Shown here: in pieces, positions 1-9,373 of the stretch
How the letters are laid out: every line of letters begins with the position of its first letter
Numbering within the stretch: the stretch's first letter is position 1
Origin: Actinomycetales bacterium
GTDB taxonomy: Bacteria; Actinomycetota; Actinomycetes; Actinomycetales; CAWJMD01
Assembly (NCBI GenBank): GCA_038213835.1
Contig: JBBQSN010000003.1
Location: 1 to 42,977, forward strand
DNA length: 42,977 nt
Direction: 5' to 3'
The notes under the pieces: generated by a model
Databases searched by the model: none
What the model was told of the DNA's origin: nothing
Seen by the model: the letters and a program-made list of their open reading frames with translations, nothing else
Translations under genes and position numbers: made by a program

Positions 1-2
1 TG

Positions 3-173
3 GCGCTGGTCGGCACCCCCGAGCTCGTGGTCGAGCCCGACGAGCACCTCGAGGAGAACCTCGTCGACGTCACCGACGGCGCGCTCGAGTCCCGCGACGC
101 GCTCGTGCGCACGGTGGACCGGCGGGTCCCGGCGCTGAGGACGATGTCGCTCGAGAACTTCCCGACGTCGTGA
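3..173 (+). CDS. 3' end of a CDS entering from the left edge; possibly a polysaccharide pyruvyl transferase (WcaK-like) C-terminus
   Basis: Open frame with G/C-ending codons, ALVGTPELVVEPD...RVPALRTMSLENFPTS, stop TGA at 171-173. The product guess rests only on the helical C-terminal pattern and the EPS context. Confidence 0.5.
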   Translation, partial: ALVGTPELVVEPDEHLEENLVDVTDGALESRDALVRTVDRRVPALRTMSLENFPTS

Positions 174-190
174 CCGGCCCCACGACCCCG

Positions 191-1477
191 TCAGTCGTCG
201 TCGGTGCCGACCTCGGTGTCCTTGAGGTCGGGGACGTCCTCGCCGCCGATCGTCCAGCCGCTCGTCTCGTACGTGGTGGACGCCGAGCTGCTGACCATCG
301 GTCGCTCCGGCCCGCCCTCCTCGAGCGAGATGTCCTCGAGCACCACGTCGGTGATGCCGTCCTCGCGGTCGGTGACCAGGCCGACCTCGCGGCTGGCCGA
401 GGCCCGCGTCCCCGTCACCTCGATGCCGCGGACCACGACGTCGTCGACGGTCTCGTCGTCGGTGCCGTTGAACACCAGGATCGCGCCGTGGTCGATGTCC
501 TCGCCGGTGTTGGCGCCGTCGACCGTGCCGCCGTCGACGAGCACGCCACTGACCCCGGTGGTGTCGAAGCTGCCCTCTGCGGCCACGTAGACGCCGGCCG
601 CGTAGGTGTTCCGGACGTCGATGTCGCTGAAGGTGACGTCCTGGCCACCGACGACGGAGACCCCGCGTCCGCCGCTGCTGCCGTCCACGGTCGGCGAGAC
701 CACCTCGATCCGCGCGCACGGCGCGCCGTCCGGGGCGTACGACACGACCGCCACGCCGTCGTCGCCGACGTCGCGCACGACCGGCTGCAGGACCCGGCCG
801 TCGTGGGCGCCCTGGGTGATGTGGATGCCGTCGGCCTCGGTGCCGCTGACCTGCACGCGGTCGAGCAGGAAGTCCGCCGTCCCGCCGCCGACGTAGACGC
901 CCGCCGCGGCCGACCCCTCGACCCGCACGTCGCTGAGCACGATGCCCGTGTGCCCGTCGAGCCGGAGCCGCTGCTGCTCGTAGGCGTCGAAGCGTCGGGA
1001 GGTCTCCTCGATCGTCAGGGTGAGGTCCTCGATCGCAACCCGGTCGGCCGCCAGCACCAGCGAGGACCGCTCCTCGTCCGTCGCGAGCAGCGTCCCGCCG
1101 CCCGAGAGCACGACGTCCGGCGACCCCAGCGTCAGGACGTCGTCGTGGGCGAAGACCATGCCCTCGGGGAGGACCAGCCGGGTACCGGGCTCGGCGCCGT
1201 CGAAGGCCTCCTGCAGCGCCTCGGTGTCGTCGGTGCGGCCGTCGCCCACCGCGCCGAGGTCGCGCACGTCCACGTCGCGGTCGGTGTCGGGCACCTCGGC
1301 GGCACCACCGCGGTCCCCACCGGCCAGCAGCACCGCCAGGACCACGCCCAGGAGCGCGACCGCCGCCACCGCGACAGCGACGAGCAGGGCAGGCCGCCTG
1401 CGGTCAGCGGCGGACCCGGTCGGTGGATCTGTCGGTGGGACGTCGTCGGTGGGCAGGTGCGGAAAAGTGGTGCTCAT
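191..1477 (-). CDS. Membrane-anchored right-handed parallel beta-helix protein (pectate lyase 3 / GH28-like N-terminal motif)
   Basis: ATG 1477 (MSTTFPHLP). One TM segment (ALLVAVAVAAVALLGVVLAVLLA), the motif VDVRDLGAVGDGRTDDTEALQEAFD and repeated beta-helix rungs (ADGIHIT, GDDGVAVVSY, GRGVSVVGG). Confidence 0.85.
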   Translation of the reverse strand: MSTTFPHLPTDDVPPTDPPTGSAADRRRPALLVAVAVAAVALLGVVLAVLLAGGDRGGAAEVPDTDRDVDVRDLGAVGDGRTDDTEALQEAFDGAEPGTRLVLPEGMVFAHDDVLTLGSPDVVLSGGGTLLATDEERSSLVLAADRVAIEDLTLTIEETSRRFDAYEQQRLRLDGHTGIVLSDVRVEGSAAAGVYVGGGTADFLLDRVQVSGTEADGIHITQGAHDGRVLQPVVRDVGDDGVAVVSYAPDGAPCARIEVVSPTVDGSSGGRGVSVVGGQDVTFSDIDVRNTYAAGVYVAAEGSFDTTGVSGVLVDGGTVDGANTGEDIDHGAILVFNGTDDETVDDVVVRGIEVTGTRASASREVGLVTDREDGITDVVLEDISLEEGGPERPMVSSSASTTYETSGWTIGGEDVPDLKDTEVGTDDD

Positions 1478-1540
1478 GGGGTCCTGTCGCCGTCGGGGGC
1501 GCTCCACCCGCGAGTGGGAGCGGGGAGGCCTCGTGCTCCT

Positions 1541-1546
1541 TACGAT
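1541..1546 (+). promoter_or_regulatory. Putative housekeeping-sigma -10 element for the EPS operon
   Basis: TACGAT fits TANNNT and lies in the divergent intergenic gap about 115 nt upstream of ATG 1663. Confidence 0.4.
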
Positions 1547-1662
1547 GAGCGAGAACACCCCGCGTGGCAAACCGGACGACCGAACCCAGGACGAGTCCCG
1601 GGACCGTCGAGCACGCCGACCACCCAGCCCAGCCCGCACCCCAGCACGGAGGAAGTCCCACG

Positions 1663-3267
1663 ATGACCTGGACCCAGGACGACGCGCTCGCGCGCGAGCA
1701 CGCACCGGTCAGCCGGGGTGCCCGCACCGCCCGGTGGCGACGCTCCGCCGTCGCCGCGCTGGTGGGGGCCGTCGTGCTCGGAGCGCTCGGTGCAGGCGTC
1801 GCCGCGCTCGGCGAGACCCGGGCCAGCGCCTCCGCCCTCGTGCTCAGCTCGCCCGACCCCGCCGCCGTGGAGAACCCGGCCGACCCCGGTTCCGCGCTGG
1901 GCGACCAGGCGGCCCGCAACGCCACCTACCTGGAGACCGAGCTGGTCTACCTCGACGGCAACGACCTCGCGGGCCAGGTCGCCGCGGCCAGCGGCGGCGA
2001 GCAGCCGGAGTTGGGCGCCGCCCGCGTCGGCAGCTCCAACGTGGTGGAGATCACGGCCACCGCAGCGACGGCCGGCGCGGCGCGCACGCAGGCGCAGTCG
2101 GCCGCAGACCTCTACGTGCAGGGGCGCCGCGACCGGCTCGCCACGCGCATCGCCGAGCAGATCGCGGTGGTCGACCAGCAGATCGAGGCCACCAGCACCC
2201 AGGTCGCCGAGCTCGACGCCGTCGTGGTGCAGACCGCCGCGCAGGAGCAGCAGGCCGACACCCTGCGCCAGCAGTACGCCGACCAGCTCCGCGTCAAGGA
2301 CACCCTCACCCGGGCCGCCGGCGACGTGAACCGGATCGCCACGCAGGTGCAGGGCGCCGTGGTGCGCCCCGCGGGCGCGCTGAGCCCGCTGCTCACCGGC
2401 GCCCTCCTCGGTGCCCTCGTCGGGCTCCTGCTCGGCGCCCTGGTCCCGGTGCTGCGCGACGCCACCTCGTCGCGGGTGCGCGACGTCGACGACCTCGCCG
2501 ACCTCGACGTGCCCGTGCTCACCCCCGCCCTGCCAGGCCCGCGGAAGTCGGGTAGCACCGGCGCCGAGCTGCGCCGCGCGGTCCAGCTGCAGGCCCTGCA
2601 GCTCACCGCCGGTGCCGCGGGCGGCGGCAGCCTCGCTGTCGTGGCCGGATCTGCTGGTGCGGGGACGTCCTTCGTCGCCCAGGCGCACGCTCGGCACGCT
2701 GCCCGGCGCGGTCCGACCCTGCTCGTGCGGGCTGCCGGCCCCGGCGCCGGCGACATCACGCTCGGGGTCGTCCCCGACCACGAGGGCCTGACCGAGCTCG
2801 ACCTGCACAGCCGGCCCGAGCTCACCGGCGACGACCTCGTCCGGGCCGCCCAGCGCACCTCCGAGCCCGACCTGCGGGTGCTGTGCCCCGGGCGCGCCAG
2901 CGCGTACCAGGACGTCGACGCCGACACCCTCGCCGCCGTCGTGGCGACCGCCCGCGAGCTCGGCTGGGCCGTCGTCGTCGACGCCCCGGCTCTGGACGTC
3001 TCGGACCTCGGGGTGCGGCTGTCGCGGGTCTGCGACCAGACCGTGCTCGTCGTCGCCGCGCACCGCACGGCCGTCGACGACGTCGCCGTCACCGTGCAGG
3101 TCCTGCAGGCCGACCGGGGCCGGCTGTCCGGGGTGCTGCTCAACCAGCCCCCGCGCCGCTCCCGCAAGGACGCCTCGGCGCCGAGGGGCGACGAGCGCGA
3201 CGAGACCCAGCCGCACGAGGGCGACGACACCGACCTGCTGCCCCAGCCGTCCCGGTCCCGTGCCTGA
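1663..3267 (+). CDS. Polysaccharide co-polymerase / Wzc-like chain-length regulator with degenerate kinase domain
   Basis: ATG 1663 follows GGAGGAAG. Two TM helices flank a coiled-coil loop (SSNVVEITATA). After RVRDVDDL-DVPVL come a Walker A-like GSAGAGTS, Walker B VVVDAP and LSGVLLN. Confidence 0.8.
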   Translation: MTWTQDDALAREHAPVSRGARTARWRRSAVAALVGAVVLGALGAGVAALGETRASASALVLSSPDPAAVENPADPGSALGDQAARNATYLETELVYLDGNDLAGQVAAASGGEQPELGAARVGSSNVVEITATAATAGAARTQAQSAADLYVQGRRDRLATRIAEQIAVVDQQIEATSTQVAELDAVVVQTAAQEQQADTLRQQYADQLRVKDTLTRAAGDVNRIATQVQGAVVRPAGALSPLLTGALLGALVGLLLGALVPVLRDATSSRVRDVDDLADLDVPVLTPALPGPRKSGSTGAELRRAVQLQALQLTAGAAGGGSLAVVAGSAGAGTSFVAQAHARHAARRGPTLLVRAAGPGAGDITLGVVPDHEGLTELDLHSRPELTGDDLVRAAQRTSEPDLRVLCPGRASAYQDVDADTLAAVVATARELGWAVVVDAPALDVSDLGVRLSRVCDQTVLVVAAHRTAVDDVAVTVQVLQADRGRLSGVLLNQPPRRSRKDASAPRGDERDETQPHEGDDTDLLPQPSRSRA

Positions 3268-4141
3268 CCGAGCACCCGAGCTCTCGCTCGTCGTCAGCAC
3301 CATCGGTCGACCCGAGGACCTGCGGCGGCTGCTGCGCTCGCTCGAGACCTCGACCGCCGCCGACCGGCTCGAGCTGGTGCTGTGCGACCAGGCCGCGGAC
3401 CGGGCCAGCACCCGGGTGCTCGAGGAGAGCGGCACCGCGATCGTGTGGTCGGCCACCACGTCGGGTCGCGGCGCCTCCCGCGGGCGCAACGCCGGCCTGC
3501 GGATCGCGCGCGCCCCGATCGTCGGCTTCCCCGACGACAACTGCTGGTTCCCGGTCACGACGGCCGAGGACGTCCTCGCGGCGTTCGCGGCCTACCCCGG
3601 CCTGGCCGGTCTCAGCGGGCAGCAGCAGACCCTCGACGGCCGCGGGTCGATGCTGCGCTGGGCACCCACCGCGCGCCCGGTCACCCGGACGAACTTCCTG
3701 CACACCTCGATCATGAGCACGATGTTCTTGCGCCGCGCCGTCATGGACGAGGTGGGCTGGTTCGACGAGGGCGTGGGCGTCGGCGCCGAGGGCTGGTACG
3801 GGGCGGGCGAGGAGTCCGACCTGCTGCTGCGGGTGCTGGACGCCGGTGGCCGGGTCGACTACGTGCCCGACGTGGTCGTGCTCCAGGACGAACCGCGGGA
3901 CGACCGCGACCCGGCGTTCGTCGACAAGATGCTGCGCTACGGCTGCGGCAACGGCCACCTGTGGCGCGTGCACCGGCTGTCCAGGGCCCAGCTCGCCTAC
4001 TACAGCGCACGCAAGGTCGCGGGCCTGGCCGTCCGCACCGCCCGAGGCCGTCCCGACCTGGCCAGGGCCGACCTCGCGTTCCTGCGCGGCACCTGGGCCG
4101 GCCTCACCGACCGGCGCCCGCGCGGGCTCCGGGCCCCGTGA
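3260..4141 (+). CDS. Glycosyltransferase family 2
   Basis: LSLVVSTIGR, GASRGRNAGL, FPDDNC, FDEGVGVG and GEESDL motifs. Overlaps the upstream stop. Confidence 0.9.
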   Translation: MPDRAPELSLVVSTIGRPEDLRRLLRSLETSTAADRLELVLCDQAADRASTRVLEESGTAIVWSATTSGRGASRGRNAGLRIARAPIVGFPDDNCWFPVTTAEDVLAAFAAYPGLAGLSGQQQTLDGRGSMLRWAPTARPVTRTNFLHTSIMSTMFLRRAVMDEVGWFDEGVGVGAEGWYGAGEESDLLLRVLDAGGRVDYVPDVVVLQDEPRDDRDPAFVDKMLRYGCGNGHLWRVHRLSRAQLAYYSARKVAGLAVRTARGRPDLARADLAFLRGTWAGLTDRRPRGLRAP

Positions 4142-5490
4142 CCCCCGCCCCGACCCGGTCGCGGCCCAGCCTGTGGTGGCTGTCGCCCGCCGGGGCGCTC
4201 CTGCTCCTGGTGCCGCCGACCCTGCTGCTGACCGCCTACCTCGACGACGCCGACTTCCGGCTCTTCTACCGCACGGGCAAGGCCGTCACGACGGAGAACC
4301 TGCTGCTCGTGGCCCTCGCGGTGCTGCTGCTCGGCTCGATCGCCACCGTCGTGGCGGCGGTGCCGCAGCGCTCCAGCGGTCCTGGACCCGCCACGGTGCT
4401 GCCGCCCGGTGGTGGGGTCACCACGACGTTGCGCCGGGCGTGCGACGTGCTGTTCGCGCTGACCCTGGTCGGCTACGCGGCGTTCGCCGCCGCCGGGGCG
4501 TCCCGGGGGGTCACCCTGGGCCAGGTGGTCCAGCTGCTGGTCAGCCAGGACAACTACGCGGGGAACCTGAAGGACGAGTTCGCCGGCATCGCCGGCGTGA
4601 CCACCCTGACCCAGGTGGGCATCGCGTTCGTCGTGGTGGCCACCTACGCCCTGCTGCGCCAGCGTGACCGTCGGCTCGTGGTCCAGGTCGTCGTGGTCGT
4701 GCTGCTCTCCCTGGTGCGCTCGTTCGTGAACAGCGAGCGGCTGGCACTGGTCGAGATCGCGGTCCCGGCCGTGGCGATCGTCGCGATGGCGGCACGGCAC
4801 GGCCGGCGACCGCTCGGACGCCTGGCCGCGCGGGCGGCACCGGTGGTGCTCGCCCCGATGCTCTTCGTGCTCTTCGCCGCGTTCGAGTACTCGCGCAGCT
4901 GGACCTTCTTCTCGACCCGGACCGACCAGCCGTTCCCGGTGTTCGCCGCACTGCGGCTGGCCGGCTACTACGCCACCTCCTACAACAACGGCTACCTGCA
5001 GCTGGAGCACGGCACCTACCCCGGGCGGCTGCCGCGCGAGTCGGTGCAGGCGATCTGGGAGGCGCCCGGCATCTCCCAGCTCGGTCTCTACGACCGGCTC
5101 TCGGCGCCTCCCCCGGCTGCGGCGACGGACATCCTGCAGCGCTTCGCGAACCCCGAGTTCAACAACATGGGCGGCATCACCGCGCCCATGGTCGACTTCG
5201 GCGTCGTCGGCGGACTGGTCTACCTCGCCCTGGCCGGCGCCCTGCTCGGCCTGCTGTACCGCGGGTTCCGCAACGGTCACGTGGTCGGCGCGCTGCTCTA
5301 CCCGATCGCCCTCACCGGGCTGCTCGACCTGCCCCGCTACCTCTACTGGGCCCAGGGCCGGGTCGTGCCCGCCGTCGTCTGCCTGCTCGTGGTGGCCGCG
5401 GTGCTCTCGCGCAGCCGGCGCCCGGCACGCCGGGTCGTCAGGACGACGGTGCCGGCTCGTGCGGCCGTGGTCGCCGGGGCCGGCACGTGA
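4138..5490 (+). CDS. Oligosaccharide repeat-unit polymerase (Wzy-like polytopic membrane protein)
   Basis: GTGA overlap with the GT2 stop. About 10 hydrophobic helices, an SER motif, and a late extracellular loop ending NPEFNN...DFGVVGG. Confidence 0.75.
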   Translation: MTPAPTRSRPSLWWLSPAGALLLLVPPTLLLTAYLDDADFRLFYRTGKAVTTENLLLVALAVLLLGSIATVVAAVPQRSSGPGPATVLPPGGGVTTTLRRACDVLFALTLVGYAAFAAAGASRGVTLGQVVQLLVSQDNYAGNLKDEFAGIAGVTTLTQVGIAFVVVATYALLRQRDRRLVVQVVVVVLLSLVRSFVNSERLALVEIAVPAVAIVAMAARHGRRPLGRLAARAAPVVLAPMLFVLFAAFEYSRSWTFFSTRTDQPFPVFAALRLAGYYATSYNNGYLQLEHGTYPGRLPRESVQAIWEAPGISQLGLYDRLSAPPPAAATDILQRFANPEFNNMGGITAPMVDFGVVGGLVYLALAGALLGLLYRGFRNGHVVGALLYPIALTGLLDLPRYLYWAQGRVVPAVVCLLVVAAVLSRSRRPARRVVRTTVPARAAVVAGAGT

Positions 5491-6578
5491 GCGGGCCCCG
5501 GCCGCAGTGGCTGCTGATGGCCGGCCACGTCCCGGCCGACGGCACCGGCGGCGGCATCGTCCGGTACACCCTCGAGCTCGCCCGGGGGCTGGTGCGTGGC
5601 GGCGAGGTCGACCTGCACCTGCTCACCGACGCGTCGGCCACCCGGACGCTGCCGGACCTGGTCGGGGGCGGCCGGTCCGTGCCGATGCCGCGCGTGCCCG
5701 GACCCCTGGCCGCGGCCGCCGAGAGGGGCCTGCTCACGCGGGTCCTCGGTGACCGCTACGACGTGGTCCAGGGTGCCAAGCACCTGCTGCCGCGCGGGGT
5801 GCGGGCCCGAGGCGTGCTCACCATCCACGACATGCTCGTGCTCGACCGGCCGCAGGACTTCGGGCGGCTCAAGCGCACCCTGCTGGCCCGCCCCTACCTG
5901 GCCTCCCTGCGGCAGGCGGACACGCTGCTGTGCGTGAGCCAGGCGACCCGAGAGCGACTGTCGCAGTGGGCTCCTCGCGCAGCACAGGATGCCGCTGTGG
6001 TCCCGCTCGCCACGAGCCCGTCGCTGCTCGCCGGCGCGGCGACGCCCGTCCCGCAGCTGGACGGCCGACCGTTCGCCCTGGTCGTCGGGGACGCCTCGGC
6101 GCGCAAGAACCTGCCCGTGGTGCTGGAGGCCTTCACCGACGTGGTGCGCACCCGTCCCGACGCCCGGCTCGCCCAGGTCGGGCCGCCGGCGTGGGGCGTC
6201 AGCAGCTACGGCCCGCACCACGCGGAGCTGCTCGCGAGCGGCCACCTGGTCCAGCTCGAGCGGGTCGAGGACGCCACCCTGCGCTGGTGCTACGAGAACG
6301 CGGCGGTGTCGCTGTCGCCGAGCCTGGTCGAAGGGTTCGGGCTGCCGGCCGCCGAGGCGCTGGACCTCGGCAGCCCGCTCGTCACTTCGCTCGACCCGGC
6401 CCTGGTGGAGGTGAGCGGCGACCGCGCCGAGCACCTGCCCGCCGACGACCCGGCCGCGTGGGCCGCGGCCGTGCTGCGGCACCTCGAGGCGCCCCCGCGC
6501 GAACGCCGGAGGCCAGCGGTCTCACGGACGTGGGACGACGTCGCCGCCGAGACCGTGCAGGCCGTGCTGGGTCGCTGA
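5487..6578 (+). CDS. Glycosyltransferase family 4 (GT-B)
   Basis: GGIVRYT, VLTIHD, RKNL and PSLVEGFGLPAAEA motifs. GTGA-coupled. Confidence 0.92.
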   Translation: MSGPRPQWLLMAGHVPADGTGGGIVRYTLELARGLVRGGEVDLHLLTDASATRTLPDLVGGGRSVPMPRVPGPLAAAAERGLLTRVLGDRYDVVQGAKHLLPRGVRARGVLTIHDMLVLDRPQDFGRLKRTLLARPYLASLRQADTLLCVSQATRERLSQWAPRAAQDAAVVPLATSPSLLAGAATPVPQLDGRPFALVVGDASARKNLPVVLEAFTDVVRTRPDARLAQVGPPAWGVSSYGPHHAELLASGHLVQLERVEDATLRWCYENAAVSLSPSLVEGFGLPAAEALDLGSPLVTSLDPALVEVSGDRAEHLPADDPAAWAAAVLRHLEAPPRERRRPAVSRTWDDVAAETVQAVLGR

Positions 6579-6582
6579 CCGG

Positions 6583-7695
6583 TCAGGAACGGCCGAGGAC
6601 GGACCCGACCACGTCGGTCATCTTCTCGCGGAACGCGTGGCGGGAGAACGTCTCTGCGTGCCGGCGCACGACCCGCGGGTCGTACTCGTCGGCGTCGAAC
6701 CGGGACAGCGCGTCGCTCCAGGCTTCCAGCTCGGCCTCACCGGACGGCGGCACGAGGTGACCGGTGACACCGGGCAGGACCGAGTCCCTGGCCCCGCCCT
6801 CCCCGATGGCGACCACGGGGGCGCCGCAGGCCTGGGCCTCGACCGGGACGATGCCGAAGTCCTCGACTCCCGGCATCAGCAGCGCGCGGCAGCGCCGGTA
6901 CAGGTCGCGCAGGTCGTCGTCGCTCACGCGTCCGACGAACCGGGTGTGCGGGCCCGCCAGGGCCTCGACCTGGGCCCGCGAGCGGCCGTCGCCCGCCACG
7001 ACCAGGGGCACCCCGGCGCGGGCTGCGGCGCGGACCGCGAGGTCCGGACGCTTGTACGGCACCATCCGGCCGGCGAGCAGGAAGAAGCCCTCGCGCTCGG
7101 GGGACGGCGCCGGGGTGTAGTACTCGGTGTCGACCGGCGGGTGCACCACCTGGGCGTCACGGCCCCACCAGCGGTGGATCCGGTCGGCGACCTCGGAGGA
7201 GTTGGCCACCAGGGTGTGCACCCCGGCCGCTGCCACGCGGTCGTGCCGACGGAACGCCGCGGCGAACCCGGCCAGGCCGAGCTGGCCCAGCCGGCCACCG
7301 GCCTCGCCCTGGCGCATCTGCGGGTCCCAGACCCAGCGCGCCGGCGAGTGCACGTACGCCACCACGGGGGCGGAGGTGGCGTGCACGACCTGGGTCGCGA
7401 ACGCGTGGTGGCTGGCGATGACGACGTCGGCTGAGGCGGGCACGCGCAGCCGCCGGACGGCGACGGGCAGCGCGGGGAGCAGGTGCGCGTAGGTCGAGCC
7501 GCGCAGCAGCCGACTGAGCGCCGTGGCGCGGACGCGGTGCTCGAGGTCGGCCGGCATCACCCCCGGACGCGCGACCGGGGCGAGCAGGGGGGCGTCCGGC
7601 CAGGTGCGGGCCAGCTGCTCGACGACCGCCTCGGAGCCCGCGAACTCGGTGAAGCGCTCGTGGACGACGACGGCCCTGGGCGTGCTGCCGCTCAC
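6583..7695 (-). CDS. Glycosyltransferase family 4 (GT-B)
   Basis: Start GTG 7695 overlaps the upstream TGA. Motifs VVHERF..GSEAV, YVHSPARWVW, GRMVPYKRPD and EDFGIVPVEAQACG. Confidence 0.92.
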   Translation of the reverse strand: MSGSTPRAVVVHERFTEFAGSEAVVEQLARTWPDAPLLAPVARPGVMPADLEHRVRATALSRLLRGSTYAHLLPALPVAVRRLRVPASADVVIASHHAFATQVVHATSAPVVAYVHSPARWVWDPQMRQGEAGGRLGQLGLAGFAAAFRRHDRVAAAGVHTLVANSSEVADRIHRWWGRDAQVVHPPVDTEYYTPAPSPEREGFFLLAGRMVPYKRPDLAVRAAARAGVPLVVAGDGRSRAQVEALAGPHTRFVGRVSDDDLRDLYRRCRALLMPGVEDFGIVPVEAQACGAPVVAIGEGGARDSVLPGVTGHLVPPSGEAELEAWSDALSRFDADEYDPRVVRRHAETFSRHAFREKMTDVVGSVLGRS

Positions 7696-9218
7696 GAGCC
7701 CGTCCGGCGGAACACCGCGGCGACCGTCCGCAGGACGATCTTCGCGTCCAGCCAGAGCGACCAGTTCTCGATGTAGTAGTTGTCGATCCGCGCCCGGTCG
7801 GAGATCGAGGTGTCGCCGCGCAGTCCGTAGACGGCGGCCAGGCCGGTCAGGCCGGCTGGCACGCGGTGCCGGCCGGTGTAGCGCGGGATGGTGCTGGAGA
7901 ACTCGTCCACGAAGTGCGGTCGCTCGGGACGCGGACCCACCAGGCTCATGTCGCCGCGCACCACGTTGACCAGCTGCGGGAGCTCGTCCAACGAGGTGGC
8001 CCGGATGACCTTGCCGACCGGACCCATCCGGTCGTCGTTCGAGACGTTCCACAGCGTCGCCGACTCGGACTCGTCGGCCGGGCGCAGGGAGCGGAACTTC
8101 ATCATCGTGAACGACCGGCCGTCCAGGCCCACCCGCTTCTGCCGGAACAGCACGCCCGGGCCGCCCTCCCAGCGCACGGCGGCGGCGACCGCCGCCAGGA
8201 CCGGGAAGATAAACAGCAGGGCGACCGAGGCGATGGCGACGTCCAGGAAGCGCTTGATCCGCCACGACGGGGTGCGGAAGGCGGCCCGGTTCACCCGCAG
8301 CAGGGGCAGGCCCCAGGCCTCGTCCATGTCGGCGTGCACGCTCTGCACCTCGAACAGGCGGGGGACGAAGAAGAACTCGACGTCGAGGCGGTCGCAGGTG
8401 CGCAGCACCTCGACCAGCTCGGACTCGCGCTGCCGGCTGAAGGCCACGACGACGACGTCGACGTCGTTGTCGAGCACGGTGCGGGCCAGCCGGTCCACGC
8501 CGCCCAGCCACGGCACGCTGAGGGCGTCGGGGTCAGCGGGGGCGTCGGTGTCGAGCACGCCGACCGGGTCCAGGCCGAGGTCGGGGTGCTGCTGGAAGCG
8601 CGCGACCAGGTCGCGGCCGACCTCGCCGCCGCCGATCACCAGGGTGCGGTGCACGACCAGGCCACGACGACGCATCACCTTGATCGCCTCGACCGCCACG
8701 GACCGCAGGGCCAGGACGCCCAGGCCGAGCACGGCCGTGCGCAGCACCGGGGCACCGAGCGAGGAGCCGGGCGCGGTCACGAGCACGGCGACGGTGTGCG
8801 CCAGCCCCGCAGCGGCGGCGGCGACCACGGCCACCGGCACCTGGTCCAGACCGGACAGCGTCAGCCGGGCCCGGTAGCCGTGCCGCGCCAGGGACGCGAC
8901 GAGCAGGCCCACGAGCATGATCGCGGCGGGGACGGGGCCGCTCGGCAGCAGCAGGACGGTGAGCACCCAGGCGCCGAGGTCGGCCAGGAGCAGGGCCACG
9001 GGCGTGGTGGTCACACCGGCGAGCCAGCCCCGGCGACGCTCGACCGGCTCGAGGTCGGCCCCGTGCAGCAGGGACGCGTCCGCGGCGTCGCTGCGCACCG
9101 AGACCAGAGGCCGGGCGGCCGTGATCGTGGAGCCGCGGGAGTGGTCGGACGCCGCGCGGTCGCGCAGGTCGATGACGTCGGTCGTGCTGGAGCTGAGGTG
9201 GGACGGGGCGTGCGGCAC
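7692..9218 (-). CDS. Priming polyprenyl-phosphate hexose-1-phosphate transferase (WcaJ/CpsE-like sugar transferase)
   Basis: N-terminal TMs and a Rossmann-like LVIGGGEVG, then KRFLD, FRQKRVG, KFRSL, SLDELPQL..V.RGDMSLVGPRPE and YIENWSLWLD. AAGGA RBS before GTG. Confidence 0.95.
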   Translation of the reverse strand: MPHAPSHLSSSTTDVIDLRDRAASDHSRGSTITAARPLVSVRSDAADASLLHGADLEPVERRRGWLAGVTTTPVALLLADLGAWVLTVLLLPSGPVPAAIMLVGLLVASLARHGYRARLTLSGLDQVPVAVVAAAAAGLAHTVAVLVTAPGSSLGAPVLRTAVLGLGVLALRSVAVEAIKVMRRRGLVVHRTLVIGGGEVGRDLVARFQQHPDLGLDPVGVLDTDAPADPDALSVPWLGGVDRLARTVLDNDVDVVVVAFSRQRESELVEVLRTCDRLDVEFFFVPRLFEVQSVHADMDEAWGLPLLRVNRAAFRTPSWRIKRFLDVAIASVALLFIFPVLAAVAAAVRWEGGPGVLFRQKRVGLDGRSFTMMKFRSLRPADESESATLWNVSNDDRMGPVGKVIRATSLDELPQLVNVVRGDMSLVGPRPERPHFVDEFSSTIPRYTGRHRVPAGLTGLAAVYGLRGDTSISDRARIDNYYIENWSLWLDAKIVLRTVAAVFRRTGS

Positions 9219-9273
9219 GGAGCGTCCTTCCGGGGAGGGTCGTCGTCGGCGGCCGCGTGGTCTGGACGGCTCT

Positions 9274-9301
9274 GACGGTGGTGGAGACTCTCCACACCGT
9301 C
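9274..9301. repeat. Inverted repeat / hairpin in the 5' leader of the priming transferase
   Basis: GACGGTG-G-TGGAG-ACT-CTCCA-CACCGTC: 12-bp stem with one bulge. Confidence 0.65.
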
Positions 9302-9331
9302 GTGGTCGGTCGTTCGATCGGTCATGAGGGC

Positions 9332-9357
9332 TTCGGTGCCCGGTTGGTCAGGGATTG
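9332..9357 (-). promoter_or_regulatory. SigK/ECF19-like promoter upstream of the priming transferase
   Basis: CAATCC-N15-CCGAA on the minus strand, compared with the mycobacterial SigK consensus CCATCC-N15-CCGAA as I recall it. Confidence 0.6.
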
Positions 9358-9373
9358 CCCCGACCCTCGCCCG

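Noticed and set aside
1556-1584. Third SigK-like promoter for the + strand EPS operon
   Set aside because: CCGAA is present at 1580-1584 but there is no C(C/A)ATCC at 15-nt spacing.
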